From the NCBI GenBank assembly GCA_013265495.1, contig MU058636.1, forward strand, positions 806,001 through 870,000: a DNA stretch of 64,000 nt. The letters run 5' to 3'. A program made the translations under genes and the position numbers. Of this stretch, positions 35,576-49,470 are shown piece after piece. The notes beneath the pieces were generated by a model that worked only from the letters and a program-made list of their open reading frames with translations, was not told the DNA's origin and ran no database searches. This stretch comes from Vicugna vicugna. Lineage: Eukaryota. The number at the start of each line of letters is the position of its first letter. Within the stretch, counting starts at the first letter, position 1.

Positions 35576-38500
35576 GTGATTCATAAAGTTTAAATTCTGT
35601 GCATCTGGTGTTATCTTAAACTTTTCTGATAGATTGGGATATCTTAGAAATATTTATGTATGTATGGTTCCAGGTTGCTAAGTTTTCTGGGTTAGTGGTT
35701 CACTTTTTATTCACCAAACTTTTATTTTAAAATCATTGTGCATGAAAATCATCCTAAAGTATATTATGTAATTTCTATGTATATGTGTGTATTTGTGTAT
35801 TGGTTCCTGTACTGAATAGCTGTGTTTTTAGAGTTCATCTGCCTACGTTGTTTTCCTTTACTCTTCCCTTGTTGTCACCTGTCACCTAAAAAGGAAACTT
35901 TTATGTTTTTTAAGTTATAGGAATAATAAATATCAATTATAGAAAAAGCAAGTAAATTTTAAGAAGGAAATAAAATTCACCTTATTTTTGCCACCCAGGC
36001 TTTTTTCTAGGCATGTCTTAAAATCAGATTATATTGTGCCTATTGTTTTAAAACCTTCATTCCCTCAACAATAAAGTGTATATATTCCATGTTATTAACT
36101 ATATGTCTGTTATGTTTTAGTATGTGTATTTATTATTGTGCTGTGTGATGATATCTTTTTTGTAATTCTGTATTTGTATTTTCTTTTACATTTCAACTTT
36201 TCATTGCAATTAAAATTTTGTTGCTATGTCTTTGTAGATATCCATGATTTTATCCTTAGGAAAAATGTCTAGAAATGGATTTGCCAGATCAGTTTTTCAG
36301 CTTTTTAATACGTAAGGCCAGATTTTCTCCTGGAAAGTTTGAGCTAATCTGTAATCTCATTCATAATGAACAAGAGTAATGTTTGTCACTTCCCTGATCC
36401 ATGTTTTTTTTATTTAATCTTTAAAATAATTTCCTTTTAATCTTTATATGTTGATTATATTGATAGGAAACCTATGGAATCATGGTTTTATTTACATTTG
36501 TTTCACTAACATTTAAATTTACAGTTTGTTGTTTTTCACTATTTCTTTTGTCAATTGCCCAATCATATTTTACCCATTTTCTTATAATATTCTTCTTTAA
36601 AAATTTTTTTTGTGAAGTGCTTTGCTTATTGGGATATTAAGTCCTTTTACTCATATTGCAAGTATTTTCAATTTTTGGCCTATTTTCATATTTATGATAT
36701 TTTAATATGTCGTCATCTGTCATTCTTTAATTGCTCCTGACTTCTCCATTATAGACATTTTTTTTCTTACATTTCCTTCTAACATTTTTATAGATTAAAA
36801 ATTTTTTTGTAGTCATATTTATACTTATCTTAAATTTATTTAGTCTAGAGTGTTATTAGGGTTCTAACTGTAATGTTTCAAGTCTTGTTAATACTGTTGA
36901 ATACTTCTTTCACAATTGATCTGAAATGCCACTTTCATCATTCCCGTAAGTTCTCGTATCCTGGACTCTCTGCTAGTTCACTGATCTGTCTATTCCTGTG
37001 TTACTCCCTATTGTGTTAAGTCTTACAGGTTTATAACATCTGGTAAGGCCATACCCTTTCATTCCTCCTCTTAAAAAAATTATAGTTTTTCTTGTCCATT
37101 TATTTATTCCATAAACTTACTGTCCATTTAAACTTTAAAGTCAGCAACTTAAATTCTGAAAAATATTTTTTGCTTGGGTTTAAGTTGTGTTAAATATGTT
37201 AATTATTCTCCATACTCAGCAGTATGGTTATGTTTTTTCATTTGTTCAGATTTTATCTTACGAATTTTGATAAAGCTTTATGGTTTTCTTCATATAGATC
37301 CTTCATATTGATCCCACATATTGTTTACTGCTACGAATTTTATTTTATTTTGGTAGTCACGCATAGGTTCGTGTGTCAGGTGGGCTCATGCAGTATTTCT
37401 GACATACTTAGGCTAGAAAATGATTCATTAGCTATTTGTTACGGAATTTTAAAAATATATCCAAAAGTAAAGATAGTTCAGTGATTCCCCATTAACCTAC
37501 CTTTCTTCTATTCTTGTCTAAGTTAAAATCTTTTATTGTATTTGTGACTCTTTCGTCTTATATTTTTAAAATACTCACTTTTTCATACATTTATATTTAA
37601 TTCTAAACATTTTCAGTTCACTGTCTTGGTATTTCTAGGCAGATATTCATAACATCTGCAAATATTAATAGTTTAAATAATTCCTTTCCAATACTTTAGA
37701 AAATCTGATATTATTGCATTGGTTGTAATTATTTAATAACTAACTTTTTAATATTAGTAGTGTGGGGATTATTTTTGCCTTACTTTTGATTTTAAATGGG
37801 AATGTTTCTAGTGTTCCTCTGTTAGGTAAGAATGCTAATTTTTATTCTTACAACATTATTAGATATGAGATTGACATAGGCAATATACTAGCTTTATGAG
37901 CTTGAGGAATTCATTTAATCTCTCTGAGCACTTCAGACTTCTTGTCTGTAAAATAAATTCATCCCACAAAGTTCTTTTCTATAACATAAGATAAAACATG
38001 TAAAGGAAATTTTTGTACTCTCATAAGGCCTTATAAGTTACATGTGTTTTAATATATTTATTAAATTAATCTCACTTGTTTAATCACTTGTGATTCCCTA
38101 TTTCTTCAGTGCCCAATTATACTAATTCATATTTTCAAGAAGAATTTGTGTAGGTAGTTTTCTTAAAGGGTAGAGGGTTTCCATAGGACTTGCTGTGATA
38201 CAAGTATTTTTATAGTTGTAATCTAAAAGGAATGCATCTGTTGACTAAAAGTGACAGAAATAAACTGAGTGTTTCCTCCATTTAGTCTGCTTACTTAGAA
38301 GGTTCTTAGATTCCCCTCTCAACTTTGACCTTGACCATGCAGTCTTGCTTGTAGTATGGTTACCACTGCCGGTGGTAAAGAAAAGAATAAAAGAATGCTT
38401 GAGTAAACAAAACAGTTCCACTCTAGAGGAACACCTGGACACTCAGTGTATCTGTGTGTGCCTGTTCTTTGCATGCAACTATTATTTTTTCCTATTTACT

Positions 38501-38899
38501 CTGTGCCATTTCTAGTTTACATCATATAATAATGCCTTTATGTGGTGATTTTTTCCCCTTAATTAATTGGTGATGTTATAACCACGTTATGTTATAAAAA
38601 CTAATGCTGTAAGAGAATTGCCTGTATTTACCAGTACAGGGTAAATAGTAAGTACTGTAAATACTTGTTGATTGCAGGGACCAGATGACGCATTTTGTAG
38701 ATTGAGACACTGTCATTGCTCTAGCTTAGTGCAGGTGGTCATGCTCAGCTCAGTGAACTGTGCTTATTGATAGGATCTGGTTGTACAAATGTGGTTCTTA
38801 TTGTAAGCTATTTTGAGTGGGTTCCAGAAAATTGCAGGGGGAGGGTATCTGTAGAAAAACACTTGTGTTGGGGTGGGAGTTCAGCAGATGAAACAGGTA

Positions 38900-39205
38900 C
38901 AGTATTATTCACAGAGGATACATTCCAAGACCCCCAGTGGCTGCCTGAAGCCATGGATAGTACCGGAACCCTATAGTTACTATGTTTTTCCTATACTAAT
39001 ATACACAACATGGATACACTGGACAGAGATTTCTCATCCCCGGTAAGATGCAAGATTTCATCATGCTGCTGAGAATGGCATGCAATTTAACACTTATGAA
39101 TTGTTTACTTCTGGAATTTTCCATTTGGTGTTTTCAGACTGTGGTTGACCATGGAAAACTGAAACCACAGAAGGTGAAACCGCAGGGGGTGGAGCGGGAC
39201 TACTG
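38900..39205. mobile_element. MER44-like TcMar-Tigger MITE
   Basis: Ends are TA|cagta ... tactg|TA. Internal sequence includes gatacattccaagacccccagtgg and ttatgaattgtttacttctggaattttccattt. Confidence 0.85.
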
Positions 39206-39453
39206 TATTCACTGTATCATTTAGACCATATGTTGAAAACAAAGTAGAAAATGTAATGATACCATTCTATAAAATCATAGTGACTTTTTACTTTTGACAA
39301 ATCTTGTTACATTGTAGGAAGACAAGACCTAGAACAGATTTGGAGAAAGCAAGTAAAATGACTGGGGACGGTCACCATAGGACATAATCTAAAAAGATTT
39401 GGATCTTTGGTCTTGGAAATTAAGAGGATGGATTTGAAGTATATTTGGCTTCC

Positions 39454-39757
39454 AGTATTGGGGGGAGGTTGTTTCTAGGACCCCCGCCCCACATACCAGA
39501 AATCAAGGATGCTCGTCATTTACGTAAAATGGTGTGGTATTTGCACGTAACCTGCACACATCCTCCCATGTACTTTAAATCACCTATTGATTACTTATAA
39601 TACTGAATACAATGCAGACGCTATGCAGATAGTTGCCAGTGTGCAGCAAATTCAAGTTTTGCTTTTTTGGAACTTTCTGGAATTTTCTGAATATTTTTCT
39701 GTTTGCCGTCGGTTGAATCCGCAGATGCGGAACCTGCGGATACAGAGGCCAGCTGTA
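39454..39757. mobile_element. MER2-like TcMar-Tigger MITE
   Basis: Contains aggacccccgcccacatacc...ggttgaatccgcagatgcggaacctgcggatacagaggccagctgTA. Confidence 0.85.
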
Positions 39758-40929
39758 GCAAAAACTGTGACTGTGCAGGTGGGTTGAATATGGGCTGGTT
39801 TCTAAATCTCAGGCTTATGAGCTGTTGTTTCTTCCTTTCTCAATCTTGATATGACAGTTGGGCAGAAGCTCTATAGTATTTTATTTTGCTGCTGAAAACA
39901 TAATGAATTTCTAGAAAATTTTAGATGTGTTTATGAATGATAGATCTATAGCTAATTACTAAATGGAATTTGAGGTTTTATCCTCAGTCTTCTGAGGTTT
40001 AAATCAAGGGGCATAAGCATACTTTCCCATAAGGGTGCTGTTTCACATACGTGGAAGAACAAAACTTTGTGACCCAAGATGTAGAGCTGTGACCAATGAC
40101 TGGAAACTAAAGAAGGCACACTTTGGCACTGTAACATAAGGAGCAGTTTTGTAACAGAGTTGTCCAAACATGGAATTAAAGGCAGAGAATTCCTTCTACA
40201 CATGGCTTCAACATATCCTAAATGGCAAATTGATGGATTTGTTGTAGAGGAAACTTAAGTATTGGATGGGTGTTTGAACTTGATGACCTGTGTGGTCCTA
40301 CCAGCTCTGAGGTTTTATAATAAAATATCAGGAATCATTATCAGTTAGAGAACAATATTCTGAATGGGCTAAATCTAGAAAAAGTACAACTTATGCTGAA
40401 ACCTGGAGATGGTTGGTTTATCTTTAAAAGTTAATGAGCCACAGACTTGCTTTACATTTTTTAAACAGTACTTAAAAATTAAAAAAAAATGAAATGATCA
40501 TGGAAGAAGATAAACAGTATATACCTAGCACACAGAAGGGCATGAACTGGAAAGTAATAGTGCACCACTCCTCTGACCACCGTGTTTCCTTCTTCAGCTA
40601 GTAATAAGGGAAAGGGAGGGCTAAGAATTATCCCCAAGTTTCTGGCTTGAGTAATAGAGTGAGTGATGGTGGTGCCATTAATGAAGAGATGAGGTAAGAC
40701 TTGGAAGAACAGGAATCTGTGTGGGGGCCACCTTTTTGAATTGTCTTACATTATTTGTCTGATTTAATTGTTTATGTCCTGAATTTTCTGGCCTCTAGTG
40801 ACATCTTGTCTTCAGAGATGTCAAATTATTTAAAAAGGAATAGGAGCTGACTTGAAGAGGTTTTTACTGGACAAATTTGGGAAAATTTGGGGTAGATTTT
40901 TGTATATTGTGTTAGGATCAAGATTTTTT

Positions 40930-41500
40930 GTACACACTGTCATATTACCTTAACTTTATATAATAAGTCTTTATAATAAATGTAAACTTAAGTCAAGTTG
41001 TGTAAGTCTTCTGATTTGTTCTTTAAGATGATCTTGGCCATTCTTTTTTATTTCCTTATATGTTTTAGAATTAGTTTGTTGATTTCTACCAAGCATGCAT
41101 GTGTGTGCGCGCACACACAAATACACACCGAAAACCCTACTGAGATTTTGATTGTGATTGCTTTGAATCGATAGGTCAGTTTGGGGGAGAATTAACATTT
41201 TTATGATACTGAGCCTTCCAATCCATGAACATGGTATACCCTTCATTTCTTTGGGACTTTAATAATTTCTCCTAGTCTTTCACAGTTTTCAGTAAAGTTT
41301 GTATACATCTTTTGTTAAGACTTATACCATGGTGTTTGATTTTTTTTATCCTATTGTAATTTGTATTTATTTGTTTTGTTTTCTGTTTCTTTGTTACTAG
41401 TATATAGGAATACAGCTGGTTTTTGTTATGTGGACATTGATTCTATCAACCTTTAAATTTGATTCTTAATTTTAATAATTTGTCAAAAAATTCTTCTAAT
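40930..41500 (-). mobile_element. L1 ORF2 fragment
   Basis: ORF 40971-41246 encodes KGIPCSWIGRLSIIKMLILP (L1 ORF2 motif IPCSWIGRINIVKM). Confidence 0.85.
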
Positions 41501-44500
41501 TTTTGATATTATGCCTAAGATTACTCTCCCGTAATCTAATACACCAACACTATTTTTTGTGAAACCTATTAGATTTTCTTGAGTACTATATTGCGTTTAG
41601 ATTGGGAGTCATGAATATTTGGTATTAAAATAATGTTACATAGTTTGACTTTAGATTCTGCCAGTTGTCCAGATATTTTATTGAATGTGATTTCTTACAT
41701 ATAACAAAATTAGAGAAACCAGACCCAGGAAGATGTTAGCTCTTACCATGAACTTTCTTCTAGGAATAACTAGCATAGCTGTGTATTAAATGTGTTAATT
41801 AAAGCTGCTTTATTAAAAACTATAATTTTACTTATGAAAATTATGCTAATTCACACTTTTCAGAAATAATCCTTGTTTTTCTTTTACTTGTTAGCCACTT
41901 ATTAAGCATTTATTAGGTGCCTGTTGTGTCCCTTCACTGCTCAGAGTTTAGATCAATGAGCGTAGGAGTGGGGGTTCAGGAAGCAGATAAAATAGTTGCA
42001 GTAGAGTGATACTAATCTGATGGTAGTATGTCTGAATGTTACAGGAGCAAAGGAAAGGATCATCTACTCCATACTGGAGGAAGACCCTGTGCTAAATAGT
42101 AAAAGTGCAATTGGAGTGTGATTGCTGAATACAGTATATATATATGCTGTGTAAACCTTTTCTCTTCTGCCAGGTCCCTATGAGCAGATTTCTTGAAGGT
42201 TACTTTAAATTTACCTCTTTTTGCTTTCTTTTCACTAATTAGCTAACATTAACCTGAACTGATACCTCATTATGTTGGTATTTGGATTTTTAAGGAAAAT
42301 AACATTTGTTTCTTCACATCATAAATGTAAAATGTGCTAGTTGAAATTTTGGAAAATTACAAAAATCATACATAAAACCTTAAAGTGAGCACATACACAG
42401 AAAAACAAACAAATTCAGACTAAAAGTTCTTTCTGAGCAGTAGGTAGATGAACAAATGAAGTTGTGATATAGTCTAATCTTAAACTGGTCACAAATGTTC
42501 CTTGGACAAGATCCCATATATCCATTTTACTACAGGTTATAAGTCACTGTAATTTTTTTTTGGCAGAAATATTATTAGATAACTAAATGCACCATCATCA
42601 GTTTTTGTTTTATTTTATTGTTTTTTTTTAATTGTAACATGGGACTAAAAGCAGTTATAAAACAAACTGGATAACTCTCTTATCTCATTTAGATGTCTTT
42701 TCTCTTTGTTTTTCTCTTGAATTTAAGGTAAAAGATAGCAAAAAAAGGATGATTCTCTTGAGTAGCATGGCTTAATTTCTGATTAAAATCTAGTTCATTG
42801 AAGTATTTTACTTTCCAAATTGACTTGATTTATGTATTGGCAAACATAAAAATAAAAGTCTCCTTCAATTTTTTTTTGGTGAGGTTCTTGATGTGTGTTA
42901 GGTAGACAGAGAGGTGAGCTTTTTTATATTTAAATGGAAAAATTACTACTTGACATGTGGAGCATAGTTTATAAAATAAGGAGCTGTATCTAATCAGAGC
43001 TGCCATAGAATCCAATAGTGTCTGTTAAAAAATCAGGATGTGAGCCAGCCTTCATGCTCAAGCGTCGTGTAAACAGGCACATGATTGTACTTCGGTGGTC
43101 TACTAAACACTTAAGCATGTTTTCACGTTCTTTAAATTGTAGATGTAATCAGATATCAGCTGTCACTTCATTTCATGTCTTCAGTTCTTCAGATCCTTTG
43201 TCTTCCATTGTTTTCGATCCATGGCATCCTGGAATCTGAACTCAGCACTTCTTCTAATCCTCCAGTCCCGTCTGCACTCCTCCTCCCTCCCCACAGCACG
43301 CACACAGCTGCTTTATTCAGGACTGTAGACTTTACTAAAGTGTTTGTAAAGGAAATAGAAGAAGAGCTTCACATGCTTCAAAAGTTTCTAGTAGATGTTT
43401 TTGTTCCTGACAGTCCCTCTTCCTTTTGATTCTGCCTTCATGCAGCATCCAGCATCATTGGCTTCTCTGGTTCACTTGGATGTGCCTGCCCCATTTCAGA
43501 CTCCTCTCTGCGTCCAGATTTGCATACCCAAACTCTTTACAGTGTATAGCAAAACAAAGAGACCTTTTTGAAGCCACAGTACATAGAAGCCCTAAGAGAT
43601 AGTGAAGATAATTTACTGAGCTACACTTAAGTTAAAAAGCTAGACTAAATGTGACATCAGCAATGTTTGATATTTATATATACACATAACATATCCACAC
43701 ACGCCCACGTATTACGTGTGTAGGGAAAGAGTTGTTATTGCTCATCTCTTAGTAGAGTGGTGAAATTGGGAGTCATAGAAATGAACTCGAATACAACAAT
43801 GAACTGGTAACTGCTTGAAAATTTTTTAAATTGAAATGATACATGTTCAAATTTTAAAAAGTAAAATTGTACTGCAAAACTGAGAAGGAAAGGTAGCATC
43901 TTTGGCCCCCATCCTGTTTCCTTTGTGATTTTTGCTTCTAAGAGGCAAGGACTTTCAAGTCTTGGCTATTTCCTCCCTATAATTTCAGCATAACATATTA
44001 TTTCTCCTATTTCTTTATTTTTGAATTTGAGACTTTGCTTTTGATTTCCTAAAATGGAATATGAAGACTTGAGTTCTGTTACGCACTTTCTCTCGTCCCC
44101 ATGTATAATTACATTTTTCCTCTTCCATCTTCATGGATGTTTTAGAACTTCCATAGAAAACCATCCTTAGTATTTCTATCACCGGTTTCCTGTGTGGGAT
44201 CCTGATTTCTGGGTCTCCATCTGTTTCGAATTTATTCCCATATTTTGCTGAAGCATTTCCTTGAGTAGCTTTCTGAGAGAGGGTGAATGGAAGACACATT
44301 TTTAAAAATATTGCATGATAGAATGAAGGCATGTCCAAGAAATGCCTTCATTCTTTCATAAGCCACCCAGTCTACAATATTTTTGTTATAGCAACCCAGA
44401 TGAACTGAGGCAGTTTGTATGCTTTAATCAAATCATGAGTAAATTTTAGCCAGGTATTGGCCTCATACAAGGAAGTGACTGAAAATGGAAAAACCAGTTT

Positions 44501-44699
44501 TAAGAATAGGGGCCTTTTAGGTGACATAGTCACCGAAAAGTAGTCATAGGTCATAGTCAAAGGTAACCTTAACAGTTCAAAAGAGGAAAGAAGATAGCTA
44601 GGAAAACAAAGAGCAGAACAGTAGAGATTAAAGCATGACAGTCACTGGTCTTGATCTGTGAGTCTTGATCTGGAGGTCTTTGGTTGAAGACCTCTGCTT

Positions 44700-45600
44700 C
44701 CAATGATCTTTTGCTTCTAGAAGCTTCCTGAGAATCCTCAGCTTGAGGTGTCTGGTTGGAACAGTCATCCAGTGATTCAAGGCTGGGTTACACCTTTTTA
44801 ATTGAGCGACATGATTCCGAGGAGTCTTAGAGTAGGTAACAGTAGGTAAGTTCTTTCCATCAGGTGCAAGGCCTGTATTTCTCTGTCTCTTCCAGAAGAC
44901 TGTGTCTCCAGGTTTCAGGTCACGTAGGACTTGTTCACCAGGATGTCGTACCTGCTGATGGTAAGACTGAGTATATTGAGTCCCTGGTAGAGAGTGTTTG
45001 GCCTTGTCTGCTTGCCGGAGCGTGGAGCCTAGTATCAGAGAACATTCCTAGGAACGTGGGCTGGCCTGCTCTAAGTCGTAACTGGAGATTGGCTGAGCTC
45101 CAGGAAGAATTGACTTCATTGTCATTAAAGCCAATGGCTTTATCTTAGGCCAGAGAAGCTTGAGAGACTCTGAGACCTTGGCTAGTATTAGTTTCAGAAT
45201 TCCCTTTGTTCTTTCTCCCTTTCTTGAAGATTGGAGGTGTTAAGGACAGTGAAGTTTCTTGAGTAAGTGGAAGGGCTTTGGAAAACTCCTTAATAACAGC
45301 TTCAGCAAAATGGGTACCGCTCATCAGAGAGAAAGATTGGAATTCCTCAGGCTGGGAACACAAAATCAAGTACTTTTTTTGTTGCTTTTGTTGTTGTTAC
45401 TGTTTGAGCTGTGTATTTCCAACAAGGAAAGGCTTATGTCTACCCCATAATAAACAAGACTGAGTGAGGACTTGTTGAAAAATTGGAGGGTGCCTCTGTG
45501 AACTCCTGGGGTGTAACTATCCATTTGTATTGTTGATTTTCCCAAGGCAAACAAGTGTGAGTATTTTGATGTAAAGGAACACTACAGAAAGACACTACAA
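44700..45600 (-). mobile_element. ERV1 (gammaretrovirus-like) pol remnant: RT fragment fused to integrase
   Basis: The minus strand gives SVPLHQNTHTCLPWENQQYKWIVTPQEFTEAPS (RT). It then gives AFPCWKYTAQTV..KKVLDFVFPA*GIP, GTHFAEAVIKEFSKALPLTQ, KLHCP*HLQSSRKGERTKGILK..WPK and DLKPGDTVFWKR (integrase). Stops and frameshifts are present. Confidence 0.88.
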
Positions 45601-47512
45601 ATACGAAATATATATCTTCAAGGGGCAGTGAAGATAAAGTAATATTTTGGCTTGGTTATGTAGGAAGGTGAGGTGGGAGGGGAGGTGAATTATCTTACTG
45701 TGACCCTAAGGTCCTGAATAAATAAATTTATATTCCCTCCCATTGTATTTTTGATTTTGTTGTAAATCAGGAAGACAGGGTATTACAAGGATTAGTATGA
45801 GGTATAATGATTCCTTTTTCCATAAAGTGTTCATTTGTTGGTTTTAGTCCTTCTCTTAGCGTCTGCATTTAGAGAATATTGTCCAAATTTGGGTAGATGT
45901 TTAGATGGGACAATCCAAGCCTTGATGGATTTAGCTCCCATAACAAATGAAAATGTCATCATTTTGCTGGGTGTAGAATTCTAGATTACGGTTGTTTTCT
46001 TTCAGTATTTCAAGATATTCTTCTGTTTTCTGTTGATTTTGTTAGGAGATCACTGTAGTGCAGTTAACCATTCCCTTACAGGTAATGTGTCTGCATTGCT
46101 GTGCTTCCTTTCTGGGTCATTTTCTCTCTACCTGAAGATCGCCTGCTGCTGTGGTTCATAATACTCCTTGAATCTGTAATGTGTTGTCGTTAGTTTTAGA
46201 AAATTCTCAGCCATTGTCTTTTAAAATACTGGTTGTGACCTCTGTTTATTTTTTTGTTTGTTTCTTCTTTCTTGTTGGGATCCAATTTTATGTATGCTAA
46301 CTATTCTCAACTGTATTATTTATATCTCTTACTTTCTCCTTCATAATTTTCATCATTTTGTCATTCTGTTCTTAATTTTGTATAATTTCTTATAATCTCT
46401 CTTCCAGTCTGTTAATAATCCCGTCTGCTGTGCTTCTGCTTTTAAACCCACCCATAGTATTATGCGATGCAGTTACGTTTTTCATGTTTATGATTTGTTC
46501 CTCCTCAGAAGTCTGTTGCGGCCTGTTCTTGGGCTTTGAGGCTGCGAGAGTTCTCCGGCCTTCGTCATCCCGAGCACAGCATGCACAGTTGCAGACGGCG
46601 TGGACTGGGGCCTTGTGAGTCTGTGTCTGTTCGCAGCTCCTGCTAGTTCTGTCTCCTTACGAGCCTGGTTATTTTGTTATTATGTTAGATGTTATGTTTG
46701 GAAGTTTTCTGTAGAAAGAACTTTATGCCTAGGAGATAGTGTCTTCTACAGTGAGCATTTTTATTTGGTGCCTGAAGGAGCTAGCAGTCTGGGACTCCAT
46801 CTCTTTTTAAGCTTTGATATTTGAAGCTGAGCTGCAGTCCTCATGAGAGCCAGGACACCTGTTCATATTGCTCTTAGAGTATTGCTCTTGAGGACCTCAG
46901 CAAAGTGCGTGGGCACTCCCTGACACCCCTTCCTTTTTCCTCCCTGGCTTTAGTGGTCCTTGGACTGTAAGTTTTATCTCCTTAGCCCTACAGAACTATC
47001 CAAGGCATCATTCAGCTCCTCAATAGCCTCTTTGTAGAACTAAACATATCTCTTTGACTGTCATTAAATCCTGAGTTAGCTTGTTTAATTATCTACTTCT
47101 TGTACCATATAAATTGCTTTTATTTTATTATAGTTTTTCTTACAACCTCAGACCAGTGGTATTCTCTTTTTTGTTCGTTTGAATAACCGGAATCTGTTTT
47201 TTTTTCTTTTCAAGTGAAATATTTGTAGAAAAGAAAAAGGCAATAAAAAGAAGATGTGTTTAGGTTGAAGCAGGGCCAAAGTCTTGATTCTTTCCTTGCT
47301 TCCTTCCCTTTACCCCTTACTGCTCCTGAGTGAGCTCATTAAAGTTTTAAGGCTCTATGAAAGTTTGAAAAGCTTGTCTTGAAAGAAAGCCTCACATCAA
47401 AAGCTTCTAAACATATTTGAGGTATATAAAGACATGTAATAAAAAACATAATGAACACCTCTATTTTTCTACTTGAGGAATAGAGCTAAGTGAAAGCTCC
47501 TTGTGTGCTCTT

Positions 47513-48040
47513 TGTGGGCGTGAGAGTCGTGCTTGCCCACCAAAGATATCCATGTCCTTTGAAAACGTTGTTACATGGCAACAGGAAATTAAAGTTGCAG
47601 ATGGAATTAAGGTTTCTAATCAGTTGATCTTAAAGCAGGAAGATTATTCTGGATTATCTGAGTGGGCCCAGTGTAATCACAAGGGTCCTTAAAAGTGGAA
47701 GAGGAAGATAGAAGTATTAGAGAAAGAGGTGTGATGACAGAAGCAAGGTCAGAATGATGGCACATGAGAAGGACTTGACCCACTGTTTCTTGCCTTGAAG
47801 ATGGAGGAAGAGTTCCATGAACAAAGGGATATAGTGGTTGCCTCTGTAAGTTGGAAAAGGCAGGGAAACTGATTCTCCACCTGGGCCTCCAGAAAAGAGT
47901 GCTGCCTGCTAGCACCTTCATCTTAGCTCACTGAGACCCATATTGGACTTCCAACCTACAGATCTGCAAGATCATAAATCTGCGTTATTTTAAGCCACGT
48001 TTGTGGTAGCTTGTTGGACCAGCAATAAGAAACTATTATA
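47513..48040 (+). mobile_element. MaLR solo LTR (MLT1D-like)
   Basis: Contains ccaaagatatccatgtcc...ttacatggcaa...ttgcagatggaattaaggtt...gggcccagtgtaatcacaagggtcctta...gcaataagaaacta. Confidence 0.9.
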
Positions 48041-48475
48041 CCCTCTCTGATCAAATTTACATCTCTCACCCTAGAAGTAGTCAGCAACCTGATGTTAAAA
48101 TTCCTATGAATGCCTTTATATGTCTGTATTATATATATTTATATGTTATGTATTATATGTATATATATGTTATGTGGTCCTGTGCACATGTTTAAACGTC
48201 ATAAATGGTATTGAGTGGTACTTATTCCACAACTTTGTTTCAGACATTGTTTTTGAGATACAAACAGTGGTACATATAGCTACCTCTTACTCATTTTATT
48301 GCTATAAATTTCATTGTAACTTGTGAAAACCATATATCTGTTCTCTTGATGCATATCTGGATTGTTTGATAAACAGCTTTTTTCTGAAAGGAACCAACAT
48401 TTTAAAATGAGAAGATTTCACTGTAAAATCTTTATTTCTGGCATATCTTTCAGTTAAACATTCACGATGTTCTAT

Positions 48476-48685
48476 AGTTGTGCTGTCCAGTATAGTAGCC
48501 ACTAGCCACATGTGGCTGTTTAAATTTAAATTAATTAGAATGGAGTAGAATGTAAAGTTCCATTCTTCATTCACACCGCCCTTATTTCAAGTGCCCAGTG
48601 CTCACGTGAGGCTGGTGGCTCCTGTACTGGACAGAGCAGACCCAGAGCATGTCACCTCACAGAGCACTGTGTGTGTGTGCAGTGC
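48476..48685. mobile_element. MER3-like hAT-Charlie MITE
   Basis: Contains tgtgctgtccagtatagtagccactagccacatgtggct...atttcaagtgc...tggacagagcaga. Confidence 0.85.
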
Positions 48686-48789
48686 TCGCCGTTGTGGGAG
48701 CCTTAGGCATGCTCTTCAGGGTGCATGTGCCCTTCACATTACCAGAGCCCCTACATCATGCATATCCTGACCTTTTCTTTAACAGATGA

Positions 48790-49470
48790 TACTTGGGAGC
48801 AAGGCTGCTGAGGTCTGAATTCCAGCTAGCTGTTTTGACTTTGGCCACTACTAGACTGTTCTCATCTGTAAAATGGCACTAGTGGCCTGTTCTTGGCCTT
48901 ACATGCGTTAATACATACCAAATACTTAGAATGGTACCTGGTGCGTTGTGAATGTATGTGAGCACTGGTGGTTCTTACTGCTGTAGAAGTGATGTCTGCC
49001 TGATCGCTGTAGATATTCGAGTGTGTGACCCCTCCCTTTAGTAGCAAGTTCAACAACAATACTTTCTGGGCATTGACTCCCAGTTTCTGCCCTGTCTTTC
49101 CGCCTTTCCTCATGGGCATATTTCTTAAGAGTTCTTGTTCCTCGCTTTCTGTGTACTCCTCAGCCCACTGCAGAATGGCTTCTGCTGCCACCATTCCATT
49201 AATTCTACTTGCTAATGTCACCATTCTCTACATTGCTAAACCCAGCAACACTTAGGAGCCAAGATCACAGAATGGTTAAGAATTCAGGTTCCGGATCTGT
49301 GTGGCTTGCTGGCTTTGTGACCCTGAGTATGTTGCTTACCTTCCCTAGGCCCTAATTTATTCATCTGTATAATGGGGATAAAGAAGCTCTCTTACAGGGT
49401 TGTTGTGAGAAAGGAATGAGTCACTACCTTTACGATGCTTCCAACATTGTGGTCCTTCAGTGAGTCCCTC
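48790..49470 (+). mobile_element. Two MIR copies (~48790-48980 and ~49255-49470) around an L2 fragment
   Basis: MIR cores ctcatctgtaaaatgg and tgtgaccctgagtatgttgcttacc...tcatctgtataatggggata. Confidence 0.7.
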
